A stretch of 64,000 bases of DNA from Rozella allomycis CSF55. Lineage: Eukaryota. Where the stretch lies: positions 1 to 64,000 of the forward strand of contig KE560926.1 of the NCBI GenBank assembly GCA_000442015.1, written 5' to 3'. This document shows positions 1-12,823 of the stretch, in pieces; the stretch's first letter is position 1, and each line of letters starts with the position of its first letter. A program made the position numbers and the translations under genes. The notes beneath the pieces were generated by a model, which was not told the origin of the DNA, did no database searches, and saw only the letters and a list, made by a program, of their open reading frames with translations.

Positions 1-2374
1 ATTGTATTTACTATCTGTTCAATCACTGGCAACCATTCTTCTTTATTACATTGATTAATACAAAACAATTTCAATTTATTAAAGATTAAATTATCATATT
101 TCCATCTGATTCCATAATCTTCATTCAAATTTGTCTTTTTCAGTTTATGGAAATTGCTGCTTCTTTGTAGAATAATACATGAATATTTTGATATAATGGA
201 ATCATCTTCAAATCCCAATCTCAAAATAATCTCCATCTTTTCTTTAATCATTTCCTTTTTCACTTTACATATCATACTCAATATTATTATAGATCCTCTT
301 CTCACATTCAATTCTATTTTTAAATTAGAAAATAAGCCCCAAAACACATTTATTAAATTCTCACTAAACATTTCCTTCAACGCCATCAAACTAATCAATT
401 CTTCAAACGAAATCAATTCAGCCATTTTACATTCATTTATTATCTTTATCAAATTCATTCCAATCTCTTTCACATTCAAATCTTTCATCAATATTTCTCT
501 AAAACAATTAATCAAATGTTCCTTCAAACTCTTCTTTTCTTCTTCTTCTCCAACAACTGAATTGGAATTCTCTTTAAACCAAATCAAATGCACCATCCTC
601 TTTATCATCTCACTCTTCTTTTCTATCTTGTACACATAAAACAATACAATCAAATCTATCGCTTCAATTATCTCAGCCTTGTTGGTTGACCCCATCATTT
701 GTTGCACTATAGGTCCAACCTGCTTCAAACTGCCAACAAACTCTATTGCGTCCTTGTAATATTTAATTTGTAACTGGATTTCATTCAAATGCAATTCATC
801 TGTTCTTGTCAAGTTTTTAGCGTTCTTTGTTAAAGATTCACTTGGTTCTCTTTCACTTGGTTTACTCTCTCTTTCACTTTCACTTGGTTTACTCTTCCTT
901 TCAATACTCTCCTTTGATTCTTCACTCCCTTCAACACTAACTTCACCCCCTCTCTCAAATTTAACACCAATCTCATTCATACCCAAATTCATCTCTCTTT
1001 CAAGTCTCTCTTTCAACTCTTCATATTTTCTCTTAAATAATTCATCATCCAACTCTCCCCCATCTAAACAAAATGGATGCGTCTTTATCATCATTTTTAT
1101 CAATTGAACCGCCTTCTTCCTCACATTACTATTCTTATCCTTCAATCTCTCACACGTCAACTCCAACACCCTCCTTCTCTTACTAATCAACATCGCATTG
1201 CCCTCACACAATCCACTCATCACACTCATCACCTTGCTTCTCACAAATGCATTCACATCATGATATCTCTCCTCCAATATCGTATAAAATGTCTTCATTT
1301 GCTTAACTCCATGCTCATCCTTTTCTCCAATCAAATACCCATTAATCACATTCCCCAATATCTCTACTATCCCACACCTCATCACATAATTTTCATCATC
1401 CAAAAACTCTATCAATTTACTCATATTCTTCAACGTCTCTTTCGGTAACAATTCAGATATCTTTATCAGAAATTTACTAAATGTCTTGGCCATCTCTCCC
1501 TTAATCTCACTTTTATGAATATCATCCAACAAATCATCAATCAAATACCCACTCCCATACTCAACAACTATCATCTCCACCATCTCAGCCATCGCTTCCC
1601 CCAAATGCTCAAAATAATTCAAATTCTGCTTTATTCCAGTCTTTGCTCCTTCACCATACCCATACTTTTTCACCATCACGCTTATTATATGCTGCATTTG
1701 CACCTTTATGCCATTCTTCTTCACATTATTCACATTCTCCATCAAATAGTAAACCATCTTGGCTATCATGCTTTTCTAACACTACAAATATTCTTACTTT
1801 ACAAACACATCTCGCTCAGGTGAACTCGTCCAGAGTCTATTCAACCCCAAATTCATCAATTTTCTTATTCTTATCAACATCTCTTCCTTCAAATCCCCCC
1901 AAATATCCCCCTTGCTCTTCTTTCCACTCTTCTTCTCACAGTTTTGCACAGAATACCTCTCAAACACAGTTACGCCCCATTGCACCAACAACATATATTT
2001 CTCAAGCCCTTCTCTATCTCCAAACGCATCTCTAGACCCACTTCCAACTTGCTTTGTCAAATTCGCCACTCCAGCACTTAACAATCCTATAAATCTCCTT
2101 TGATGCGCCGCCTCCATCTCTCCATATTTTCTAAAACAGTACAACTCACGCATCTTACATTATAAAACTAACAATCATATTTAACACTCTCTCTGGCATT
2201 TCAAGCACATTCTCTTCTATGCTGTCTTGTATTTCTGCCTACTACAAACATTACAAAATTACCTTGCAAAAGTCTTTTCACATTGTTGCTATCAATTTGG
2301 ACTAGACTATCCAAATTTAACTGCTCTTGCTGTATATCTAAAAGAACCTGCGACAACGAAAAGTTCTCCCACAT
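1..2374 (-). CDS. YCS4: Condensin complex subunit 1 (Cnd1/Ycs4/NCAPD2), 3' end beyond window start
   Basis: Manual translation: MWENFSLSQ... then after ~27-28 nt introns LNRLWTSSPERDVFV, ERYHDVNAFVRSKV, RLKDKNSNVRKKAVQL, KTHPFC, MGSTNKAEIIEAIDL, WLPVIEQIVNT; HEAT-repeat Cnd1 motifs. The long exon runs off the window so the ORF track missed it. Confidence 0.85.
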
Positions 2375-2454
2375 CGAATTGGCGCCAAAAACCAGGAAAT
2401 TTCAAAAAAACAAAATACACTAAAGTTAAATCATTTTTATTAAACATCGACAGT

Positions 2455-4254
2455 TCACTCATTTAAAATTTCATTAAAAAATAGAATTAAAGAATCTAAC
2501 CCTTTAATGTACCCATCATCTGGAGTGCCCACTGTAATTTCAGAATCCAAGGCCAACGAATCGTCAAAATTAAGGGGAGACACACAATTTGTAAAATCAA
2601 TTATTTTTATATCGATTTTTCTTTTCGTATATGTTTCTAAGGGAATTTTATCCTTTAGTTTCAAAGTATTAGGAGTAGATGGATATGAACATCCAGGAAG
2701 ACTGTCATCTTGGTCTTTCTTTTCCGAATTGTTTTCATCACCACAAAATTCAAAATCTTCGGGCCAAAAGCCATCATATATTAACAAAAGAGAACTGCTG
2801 AAAAGTCGATATTGATGTGCTTCACTAATGACAGATTTAAGCTTCTTTAGTTTATGGATAATATATGGAATAAAATTTTTTAATACGACTCTGCCATTAT
2901 GAAGAAATTTTACAAGAGTTTGCTTGAACTGTTCAACTGTTAATTTTCTCCCGTCATATTTATTCTGAAAAAAATATGAGCCAGATGTTATCTGGTAAGA
3001 CTAATAAACATAAAAATGTCTTTCTTACTTGCATTCCACAAACTCTTACCCCCAAAGCTGCCGATGTCGTTCCTTGCACTTTTCTTATCTGCGATTCCTT
3101 CTTCTTCAAAGAGCACCCAACCCCGTATTGCCTATCACCCATTTTTAGATCAAGAACGCATGGATATCTGAGGCCATCAGTCAAATCTTGCAACAAAATG
3201 AATTGATGTGTGTCATTTCCAATCGAGACAGTAGAATTAGATTCCTCTCCAGAAAATTTGTAGCACATATTTTTATACATCTTCAGAGACCAGGGATTAT
3301 GGAATCTATTAGATCTAGAATTTTTCTTTCTTTCTGAAGGCGAGTTGGGAATCTCTTCCTCATCAATGGATTCATGATCTTCAGGGCACGAAACAGAATA
3401 TTTTTCAAAATCATTGCCTTCTTGCGGTGACCTAGTAATAATGTCGATAGGTTTTGAGGATTCTAAAGAAAGTTTTGTAATTGCTGATTCTTGTTTCTTA
3501 CATTCTTCATAAAACTCTTTGAGCGAACGTTGATAAGTTTCTTCCCAGTTTTTTCTCGAAGTAGGAGACAGCACATCTTTGAATACTTTGTACTGAAAGT
3601 TTTTAATCGCTTCGTCGTCAAGTGGTGATCTAGCACTAGAAAACGCTTCTTCAATCGTCACATTTTCTAAAATAGGGGATTGCCTTTTCTTTTCTTCTTG
3701 CTTTTTACACTCATTTGCTTCATTGCTATCAGGCCATAGCACAAAAGACGATGAACGGGGAGTCGGGCGATTTGGCTTTTTCTTGCTGTTGGCTACAATA
3801 ATTATTTTGCAAATGGGTTACTAGAGTCAGATGATTTGCTTCTCCGATGATTAACTGACTTTTTAAAGCCTTCAAATATATGTTTATTTTTTTCCAAGAT
3901 TACTTCTGGGGTTGAAGGCGTTTTATTAAATCTTTTCTCTATGTTACCATTACTCGGGTACGACACATTTATAACGCCAAGGTAAATAGGCGTAAATTCT
4001 TTAAGAGTTGGGTTAAATCGCTCAATACTCTCATAAAACTCCTTTTCTCTCAAGGTCATAGGCTTACATAAAGCTTTCTCAGTGAATCTTAAAAATGATG
4101 CATGACCACCAACTTGATTAGTGAATGGTATCAAGGGCACCGACGAAGGAGAATTTGAGAGGTCAAAGGGTGGTTCGGGCGTGGAACAAGATGATGAAGA
4201 TACATCAGATACCTTACTATTGTCACTTGAGTCAGATTTTGTATTAATATTCAT
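2455..4254 (-). CDS. KCS1: Inositol polyphosphate kinase (IP6K/Kcs1 family), 2 short introns
   Basis: QVGGH, PCVLDLKMGDRQYG (PxxxDxKxG), SSLLLIYDG, IIDF and PDDGYIKGLDSL motifs across ORFs 3802-4254, 2960-3742 and 2455-2787. Confidence 0.9.
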
Positions 4255-4736
4255 TTACACAAATTTCAGGTTGTAACTAAGGTGGCTCAGTCGAGTGGGG
4301 CTGTATGTTATCTCAAAAGGCAAACATGAATAAATCCGAGAATTTAACAACTATGATCAAATTTGTCTTAGAGAAAGTCTTCGATGCAAGGCAATATGTG
4401 TTAGCAATTCAGATCTTGAAACCAAATGACCTTCAAGTTCACAACTTCACATCGACATCTTAGGCGGGCGATTTGCAGTTTGTAACTTTGTATAAAGTGA
4501 TCGAAGATCCATGAGTCCGTGTAAATATTTATAATTGTTTTCTTATATATATATATATTCCGTGTGTAATTGGGTCTTATTCCGCGAACACGATTTTGTT
4601 TGCAAATTGCATTCCAATAGGACATAGTCACATAATTATGATTACATGATATAACGATAAAAAAATATGATCAGTATATAAAGTGAAATCTGGGATGATG
4701 TTTATTTATTCAATGTTTACTGATTCATTTAGTTGA

Positions 4737-6657
4737 ATGTCCCAAGAAACCTTTCCATCCAAAAGTATATTAGAGCTATCATCAAATCATCAAACTAATA
4801 GACGTGCTATTGACAAAATCAGAAATGACATTCAAAAGAGACCCTTTACTCCATTAAAACTTAGAAATAAAAGAATGAATCAAATATGTCAAAGAGGCAA
4901 GGAGACTGTCACATCGCCTAAAAATAACGAATCTTTAGATTTTCAAAACTTTTTGGGTAACATTAAACAAGCCCATTCTTATCCCGAGGATTTTATTAAT
5001 GGTTTAGATTTGTTGTATTTGTCTTTAAATGACATAGAGAAGCTAGATTTATTGAAATATCTGGATAAGACCAAAGTTATCAACACTAGTGTGTCTATTT
5101 TTGTCGCCATTTCGAAATATTTTTTACGGGTATGTGTCGTATATTTTTTGGAGCAAAGGTGAGAAGGAAGAAAATGTTGAGAGTCTTATTTAGCATTTCA
5201 CAAGAAGAAACAAATGATTCATTTTTCACAGAAGAGTTACTTCTTTCCATTTTCTCTATTTTGGAGTTTGAGCTGCCCACATTTTTGGAATCGAAAAGCA
5301 CGTCCTTTATTCACTCAATTGGACTCATTTTCAACTTAAGCATTTCCAAAATGAATCATTATAAGTTCATTGGCCATAAATTTTCAGATTTGCTCGATAA
5401 GATTATACTCCGTATTGTTAGGGATCAAACAAACACATCAAAGGAATATTCCTCAGACGTCTATGTAGTGGTACGTATTTCAGTATAATCTTAAAGCTTT
5501 CAAAATTAATTTTTTCCTCGAGTTTAACCTTGAAAGAATTAACTCTGACTTCTGGTACGCACTCGATTATTCATTCCATTGCAAATTTGCTATGTTGCAA
5601 TACAGAGTATCCTTTGTGTTCCTTAAGTATAGCGCACGCTTTGACGTAGAAATTATTAAATTAAATGATAGGCGATTTTTTATGATTGATGTAAACACTT
5701 CCTCTTTTCCAAGCGTCAATCCATTACTGATGGAGTATCTTGAGACAAACCTATACCTTTTTCCAACTGACGAGAATTGGCAGTTAGTTTTTGGTAGAAT
5801 ACTTTTTTGCGTCGTTGAATATTTTGATCATGAATTTGATGAATCTATTGACATTGTTAAGACAGTCAAAGTTATGGTCAAAATCCTCAAGCAAATTGAT
5901 GATGAAAAATTGGACGAACGTGTAGACAGTGTTTCAAATGTATTTTTTTACTTAAAATTATTTAGATTTTTAGATTTTTTGCCATCGTTAGCGCAGTTGA
6001 TCAAACGCACGGTATCTTCATGATGAACAATGATTACTTAAATGTCTTCTTGGACCTGTTTATGAATTTTAAATGGTAAATTCATTATCATTAAGTTCTT
6101 AGGGACACTCTTTGCTTCAGTTATGGCGTATGTCATCTAGCGAATTTGAGTTACAGTGAAGATGATTTTTTCACACTTTTGCCTGTTAATTTTTATTTGC
6201 GTCCATGTCTGGATGGTATACATATTTCATTTTACTAATAGATATTCTTGGCGCTTTAGAAAAAATTGATTTTCCAGACGCCGCCAGATTTTTGTTGAAC
6301 CTCTCTGCTAATGACAATATTTTGTATTTGATAAATTCTTCGGATACCTGTAAAAATATATATCTAATTAAAAAGATCTAAAACAACTGGTTAGAGTTTT
6401 GATCAACTGTGAGATCGATTCGAAAGCATTGCCTGATATCTTGAAGTCAGTTTGTAATTTACTTCGAAGTGATAATTTTCGTTCGCAGTTTGTTAAAAAT
6501 TTTGGGTGCACAGAGTAATTAATGAGTTTCAAAGTCATTTAGAATAAGAAGGCTACTAAAAAATGTAAGGGGCAGAACTGGAAGAGGCGATCTCAATTGT
6601 GTGAAGTTGCTAGAAATGGCTTGCGATTTGTTAAATGAAAATAAAATTGATCTATAA
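4737..6657 (+). CDS. Armadillo-repeat protein, ARMC2-like (divergent); multi-exon, 3' end approximate
   Basis: N-terminal IQKRPFTP, then LIFNLSISKMNH, HLANLSY, FLLNLSANDN resemble the order of motifs I recall for ARMC2; helical Leu-rich exons separated by short GT-AG introns. Confidence 0.45.
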
Positions 6658-6757
6658 TTCTAAGTAATAAGTAATGTAAATTATTTGTATTGTTGATTTA
6701 AATCATAATGAATTCCCAAAATTTAATCAAACTGGGCATCCTTAAATCGGAATTATC

Positions 6758-7183
6758 ATGAACGGGTCAGAACTCCCAGGACTAGCATCACTAAGTGGAT
6801 ATTTAGATAGTAAAATTTGGTTCCGTTTAATACAAGAAAAAATATTAGTGGTTTTAAGAGATGGCAGAAAGCTTATTGGAACACTTCGATCGTATGATCA
6901 ATTTGCAAACCTTGTTCTACAAGACACGGTAGAAAGGATATATGTTTCAAATATGTTTGGTGATATATCAAGAGGAGTATTTGTAGTTAGAGGCGAAAAT
7001 CTTGTGATGTTGGGTGAAGTCGCAGACTCGAACGATGAAGGGCTGATACGGAGACCGATTGAACAAATTTTGGCGGAACAAAAAATAGAGCTTGAAAATA
7101 GAGAAAGAATCGAAAAATGTAAACGAAAGATATTGCACCAGAGGGGATTTTCTTTTGATCCTACAGACAATGACATTTTTTAA
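6758..7183 (+). CDS. LSM1: Sm-like protein LSm1 (in-frame 27-nt intron 6810-6836)
   Basis: After removing gtaaaa...tacaag: [39 protein letters not shown]...[10 protein letters not shown]. Confidence 0.93.
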   Translation: [141 protein letters not shown]

Positions 7184-7257
7184 GGGTTAACGCTTGTGTA
7201 AAATTATGTATCAAAATAAATTGAATAATGTCAATTTATCATTTTTATTAAGTCAAA

Positions 7258-7836
7258 CTAACAAGGCAAGGGCACCGGGCTATCGGGAACAATCTCAGGT
7301 AATTCCAGTGTGCCCACTTGGAAATATTTATCACTTTCCTGGTAAAATTTGACCCAGTTTTTCAATTCTTCTATTTGATTTTCAGAAAGACCTCGTAAGT
7401 CATGTGTCAGATGACTTGCATCTGAGAAGCAACCGGTCACGAATGCTCTAGAGGCATCTTTACCCGCAAATATCGAGTAAGAGCCTTTCTTCCCGTAGTA
7501 TTCTTCGCCGTTTGAAACATCATATACTTGTCCCATTATTGAAATATAAATTGGCTGGTCCTTTACTGTCCCGTCATACTTCTTCAATTCCTGAAGAGTG
7601 AACACCTTCTGGGCTACATTTTTTGGTTTCGCATGAATGTTATTGGAACCATGTATTAAGTATCTATAGATTTTCAAGTGATACCTCTGTTGAAAACATA
7701 TTGCAGTTAGTGATACAACAATCAGCATGATAATGAAAAGAAAATTGAGCTTGCTTATTTGTTTCTTCTTTGGTTGTTCATTAGAATTAACGGATTGCAT
7801 TTTTCTCCTCATACGTAACTCATTACTTTGATCCAT
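7258..7836 (-). CDS. Cytochrome b5-like heme/steroid-binding protein (MAPR/neuferricin-like) with N-terminal TM
   Basis: FTLQELKKYDG, IYISIMGQVYDVS, YSIFAGKDASRAFVTGCF, WVKFY, YFQVG. Confidence 0.9.
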   Translation of the reverse strand: MDQSNELRMRRKMQSVNSNEQPKKKQISKLNFLFIIMLIVVSLTAICFQQRYHLKIYRYLIHGSNNIHAKPKNVAQKVFTLQELKKYDGTVKDQPIYISIMGQVYDVSNGEEYYGKKGSYSIFAGKDASRAFVTGCFSDASHLTHDLRGLSENQIEELKNWVKFYQESDKYFQVGTLELPEIVPDSPVPLPC

Positions 7837-7902
7837 TGGGGTCCACTGGAACGGACTAAATGATTAATAGAAATATCTTGAAAATTCAAAAACATGAATG
7901 AT

Positions 7903-8229
7903 TTATTCCTTGACCTTGCTTAAACGGCTTTGAATGCTGAGATCTTTATTGGCTGCAAATGTAAGCTGGATGAAGGAAGCAATATTTTCACATCCCATAT
8001 TTTGAATGACTGCAAAACAGTCTTTCACTGCTTTCATTATTTCGTCGAATTCCCCTTCTAAAGTACCATTAATAAAAAATAAGATACCAACATTAGTTCC
8101 TTGCGCGTGAACGTTTGAAATTAGGGAGTACCGGTCAAAGGTTTTGAGACATGCTTTAATGTAGTCACTGGTTGGCTTGTCTTTTGGATATTGGATAGGA
8201 AGAAATGTTATATCCGCAATAACGAACAT
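7903..8229 (-). CDS. Thiamine-binding/UPF0045 (MTH1187/Ecm15-like) protein (in-frame 30-nt intron 8058-8087)
   Basis: IADITFLPI...HAQGTNV/EGEFDEIMKAVKDC after intron removal; family-typical length of ~100 aa. Confidence 0.8.
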   Translation of the reverse strand: MFVIADITFLPIQYPKDKPTSDYIKACLKTFDRYSLISNVHAQGTNVGILFFINGTLEGEFDEIMKAVKDCFAVIQNMGCENIASFIQLTFAANKDLSIQSRLSKVKE

Positions 8230-8321
8230 TAAATTTGATGTATGCAGAGTTAAATTTATAGAGTTGCTTTGACGTTAGATCTGATTAAACATTAAATTTT
8301 TTAAAAATGTAATCATGAAAT

Positions 8322-11300
8322 TTATTTTTTATGCTTCTTTTTCAGGCTTTTTGTTTTGGCGTTGGCTGCTTCTTTTTGAACGTCTTTGAGAATCTCTAAA
8401 GATCTTTTCTTTGAAGGGTTTTGAATGCTGACGACATTTTTTAGTTTCTTTCCATTTTGAAGAGCGTCATTCCAATCTTTTTCAGTTCCAGCCACTGCAT
8501 ATCTATTGAATTTTAAGAATTTAATTTACTGGTCAACATCGATAGCTTTTATGAGCTCATTTTGCTTTTCTTTGAGTAATTTTGTTGCTTCATCAGAAGC
8601 TTCTTCGAGGTCTTCATCGAGGGTTTGACGAGTAGGATCCCATTGTTCTTCATCGGCATAATCCTTTTTTGGTTTTGATGCAATTGAATTATCATTGTCA
8701 AACTTTTTAGGTTCATTATCAACTGTTTGTTTTTCATTTCTTTCTTTTTCAAGATAAATGACGAATTTTTTAATGATTTTGACAAACATAGCCAAGAGTT
8801 GATTCATGGGAAGATTAATTTCCTTTTGAAGATCATCCAAAGATTTTCTTTGAGCTCCAACACCAGTAAGAATAGCTGATTGAACAGGGGACATTTCAAT
8901 GAGATTAGTATTAAGGTTGAAAAGAGCTAATTGAGGAACAAGATCAAGAATAAGATGATAGTCAACCAATTGATTAGAATAAGATCTCAATCTCTTCAAA
9001 TCGAATGACGTCAACTGAGACAAAAATTGATCATTAAAGTTATTTGAAGTATTTTCAACTTTGTAGTCTAGAATAGTCAAAGCAAGTTGAGGTGAAAATG
9101 CAGAAAAGTCAAACGATAATAATTGAATAAATCTCTTTTTAAAATCTTTGATTAATAAAGAAAAATAAAATTACCAACATAAAGTTCTTCCAACCAAGTG
9201 GCACTACAATCTGGACGATCCAATTTCTTTAACATGATGCAGGTGTGTTCTCCAGTCAATTCGTTTCTAGTTTGTCTTAGATAAACAGGAATGAAATTCT
9301 TTTTTTGATAAAATCTAAAAAGTTGAAGCGTAAGGCCATAAGAAACACCAACCCAATGAAGCAAAGGTGCTTTTACTTCAGACAGCTTTGACAACAATGG
9401 AGGAAGATTCTTTCTTGGTTGAATTTTCTCTTCCAAAAGAGATGCATGCCTTTGTTCTTCTGGTTGCATCTCATGCATTTCTTCATTAATAAATGGAATT
9501 TCGCCATTATAAAATTTTTCCAACAACGATAAAGCACGTGTTCCATATCCCATTTTTTGGTAATCCGGGTGTGTGGCAATTCTAACAATTCTAGCACCAG
9601 AAAGGCTAGAGAATTCATCATCCTGAAATTGCTGAGCGACAGTCCAAGGAATCAAATCACCACCACCACGTTGTCCTCTGGCCAAGGAAGCTAATATGCT
9701 CTTTTTAGAGATTTCACCTTCCAAACAAACCTGGATGACACATAAAATTTCAGGTATTTTATTTGAATTTGGATCTACTGGTGGTAACAAAACAAATAAA
9801 TGATGGGCAGGAGCGTCAGACATCAACTGGAGATCATTTGGCGTGTTTTTATAATGTGAAGAAACATAAAGAGCAACCATTCTCTGCAAAAAACTTTCAG
9901 CAGCATTATGAAAAGAAAACAAAGTATCTCTATTCACATAAAATAGTTCACATTCATCAGGATGAGGGCATCCAGCTGTTGTCTTTGGAGGAATCTGAGA
10001 ATCCAAACATAAAAGCCCATTCAACCATTTTTCTATTGGGTCATTAAGAGAATATCTAATTGGTTCATCCAGAGTAACTTCTTTTAAAACTTTGCCATTG
10101 CTATTTTCTCTCAATTGTTTAATTAGCTTCAATGATAACGATCTACCGGTTCCTTCATACCCATGAATTGTTGAAGCCATGAAAACCAAATAATTTCCTA
10201 TCAACTTTTTAACAACTGGAAGTGGAATAGCTGCAGCTTCATCAATCACAACTAATTCTGCTTGCCCAAGAACATGTGCATCTTGTGGTTGAATATATTG
10301 AATGGTCTGGCGATGGTTCTTAAAAATATTCACTCTAACTACCGCCTTGTTGAAATCAGGATTAGTCGATTGAACCAAATCATAATCCAAATGCTCTTCA
10401 AATCCAAGTGCATCAAATCCTTTCAAAATAAACTGAAATAAAGTCTTCAAATTTTCAGGTGACGGAGATGTCACAAAAATGTTCGAATACCCATAAGCTA
10501 CAGCTGCTGCAATTGCAAGCCCCAAGGCTGCTGATTTACCTCTTCCTCTAGACGCAGTCAATGTAGCAATGTTTCTTAAACTCTTATCAGCTATCGCCTC
10601 CACAAACACCAACAAAGCTTTTGCCTGATCAATCGTCTTTGCTAATTCAACTAAGCTCCCAACTGGTTGCGTCTCTTTCAATGATTCCTTCAATTCTATC
10701 AACTCTGGGTTACTCTCTTTTATTTTCTCCAAATCATTCTCATCAATAGCCTTTATTCCTCTAATGCTTTCAGATATCGGCAAGACATTCCATTGATCAT
10801 CTAAAACTATCGAATTTTCACATTTAGTCAAAGACAAAAGAAATCTCTCATTGAATCGCGCAACAACATCTTCATGGACCTCAGTGCGATAACGGCTATG
10901 AACATCCATAGTCATAGTATACAATTGTTTCAAAGAATCCATTGTTCTCAATAACAATACAACAATACCACCACCTTGCACAGTTTCAATCGTACGGGCT
11001 AACAAATTTGGCGTCAAAGCCTCAAAATCCTATAAATGACTGAATAGTATTAAATTTACCTGTAAAACACACATACCGTAGGTATTTCCTAAAATTTTTT
11101 CCGTCTCCTTATAATACGCATATCGTATATCCGTAGACGAAATGAAAAGTTCAAAAGGATCTTCAGTCTCGGGATCCAACATTCCCCTTTCCTTTTTCTT
11201 TTTGATTTGGTTCATTCTCTTCTTTCTATGAGTAGTAAATCCAAGCTCTTTCTTGTAACACCATAATACCGAGGGCCTCGTCATATTAGCTTTACACAAC

Positions 11301-11425
11301 ATGTAATGAAGGTGAACAACTTGGTCTTTGCCACGGTCCCCAATAAGAACAAATAAAGACCTTTGGTTCGCAGCTACACTATTTTCTAAAAGTGTTTTTA
11401 TCCTTGAATCAATTTTCTTTTTCAT
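8322..11425 (-). CDS. KRE33: RNA cytidine acetyltransferase NAT10/Kre33
   Basis: MKKKIDSRI, VLWCYKKELGF, ILGNTYGMCVLQ/DFEALTPNLLART, ASRGRGKSAALG, DEAAAIPLP, GYEGTGRSL, SHYKNTPNDLQ, RIVRIATHP; 3 short introns. Confidence 0.97.
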
Positions 11426-11494
11426 AAAAATATTTTTGTGGCTAGGTTATCTAAAAGGACAAAAGTAGAAAATTTTGTAAACTTTTATCATTAA

Positions 11495-12694
11495 CTAAAG
11501 TTTTTTGGCTTTATTAATCCATGATATCATCTCCATATCTGGTTTTGTAATAGGGTGCTTTAGCAGGAATGGGTGTGCTAGTAATTGAGAATAAGATGGT
11601 CTCATTTCAGGATCCTTGTTTAGGCTAGACAGAAAATTTCAAACTAATTACCATAATTCTATAAAGTTTGAGCATTCTGTTGAAAATCTATCCGTTGGAA
11701 GTGTGGGTGGGTCCCCTTTTACAATCGCCTAAACATAACTTTAATGAATCACTACTGTTATTTGTGCGAAAACGCTATCCTTTCTTGATAACGGAAATGG
11801 ATATCTCCCCAAACCAATTTCAAGCAATGACACACCTAAGCTCCTAACAAAATTCAAAACAACTCTTTACCAAACATCTGATATTGATTTATATGGCTTC
11901 ATATCACCGCTTGTTATTCGCTCTGGCGCCATGTAACTTTGACACCCAATATTTGTCTTGGCCAATGACCTAATCAATTTTCCACTAACACCAAAATCGC
12001 ATAATTTAATGTCTCCTCTACTATTGGCAAGAATATTGGTAGGTTTAACGTCTAACATAATTTTTATTTCAACGTACCACGGTGTATAATAGATAAATTA
12101 ACTTTTAAAAACTCCAGACCTCTCACGACAGATCCAGCAACTATACCTAAACAATGCTCATTGATAGGGTTAGCATATATTCTATCTATTGAACCAATGT
12201 CCATCAGCTCCATACAAATAGACACACTTGACTCACTAAAGTACGCTCCGTAAAACTCTATAATAAAGTCACTCCGACTGCGATGCAAAACGTCAAGCTC
12301 CATCAAAATCTGCTTCATTCCTGATTCTGTTAACTGAAGCTTGATTTTCTTTAAGGTCATGAAAATGTAATATGTACTTTAAGGGCCATTAATTTAACTG
12401 TGGACCTATGGAAGACCTTAAAAACTGATCCAAACTGCCCGCGACCAATCTCGTCCAAAATATCAATTTCATGGCTATTTAAGTCATAAGTCTCTCCATT
12501 AGTAAATTCTACACCATGATCGTTTAAAACTGCAGTGTCTGGAACAACTAGATGTCCTGTTGAGTCCCTATCATCTTTTAGAATATATTTTACATAAAAT
12601 TTTCAAAATCGCTATTCTGGTTTGTTTGAGCAATGCTCTTTGGTTTAAGATCAGAAAGGCGAAATGCTGGCCTTTTTGTGTGCATGAGCCTCAT
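11495..12694 (-). CDS. PBS2: MAP kinase kinase, Pbs2/Wis1-like (HOG pathway)
   Basis: [58 protein letters not shown]-terminal RPAFRLSD...GVEFTNG segment typical of fungal Pbs2; about 6 micro-introns. Confidence 0.85.
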
Positions 12695-12823
12695 TGAAAT
12701 GGAAGCTAAATGGCTTTTAGCATAAAATTACACAATTCGAATTTTAACGCGAATATAAATTAATCGTGCTCAAGTCTATTTATGATATCATGGCGTCATG
12801 AGGCGTGTTGTTTAACTGTTTTG

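Noticed and set aside
154-2103. Plus-strand ORFs rich in H/L/I/S (154-639, 1077-1448, 1515-1823, 1643-2035)
   Set aside because: Antisense shadows of the minus-strand Cnd1 exon, produced by strand skew.
4255-4736. Small ORFs or an ncRNA between KCS1 and the ARMC2-like gene
   Set aside because: No recognisable snRNA or snoRNA motifs; the short ORFs lack any family signal.
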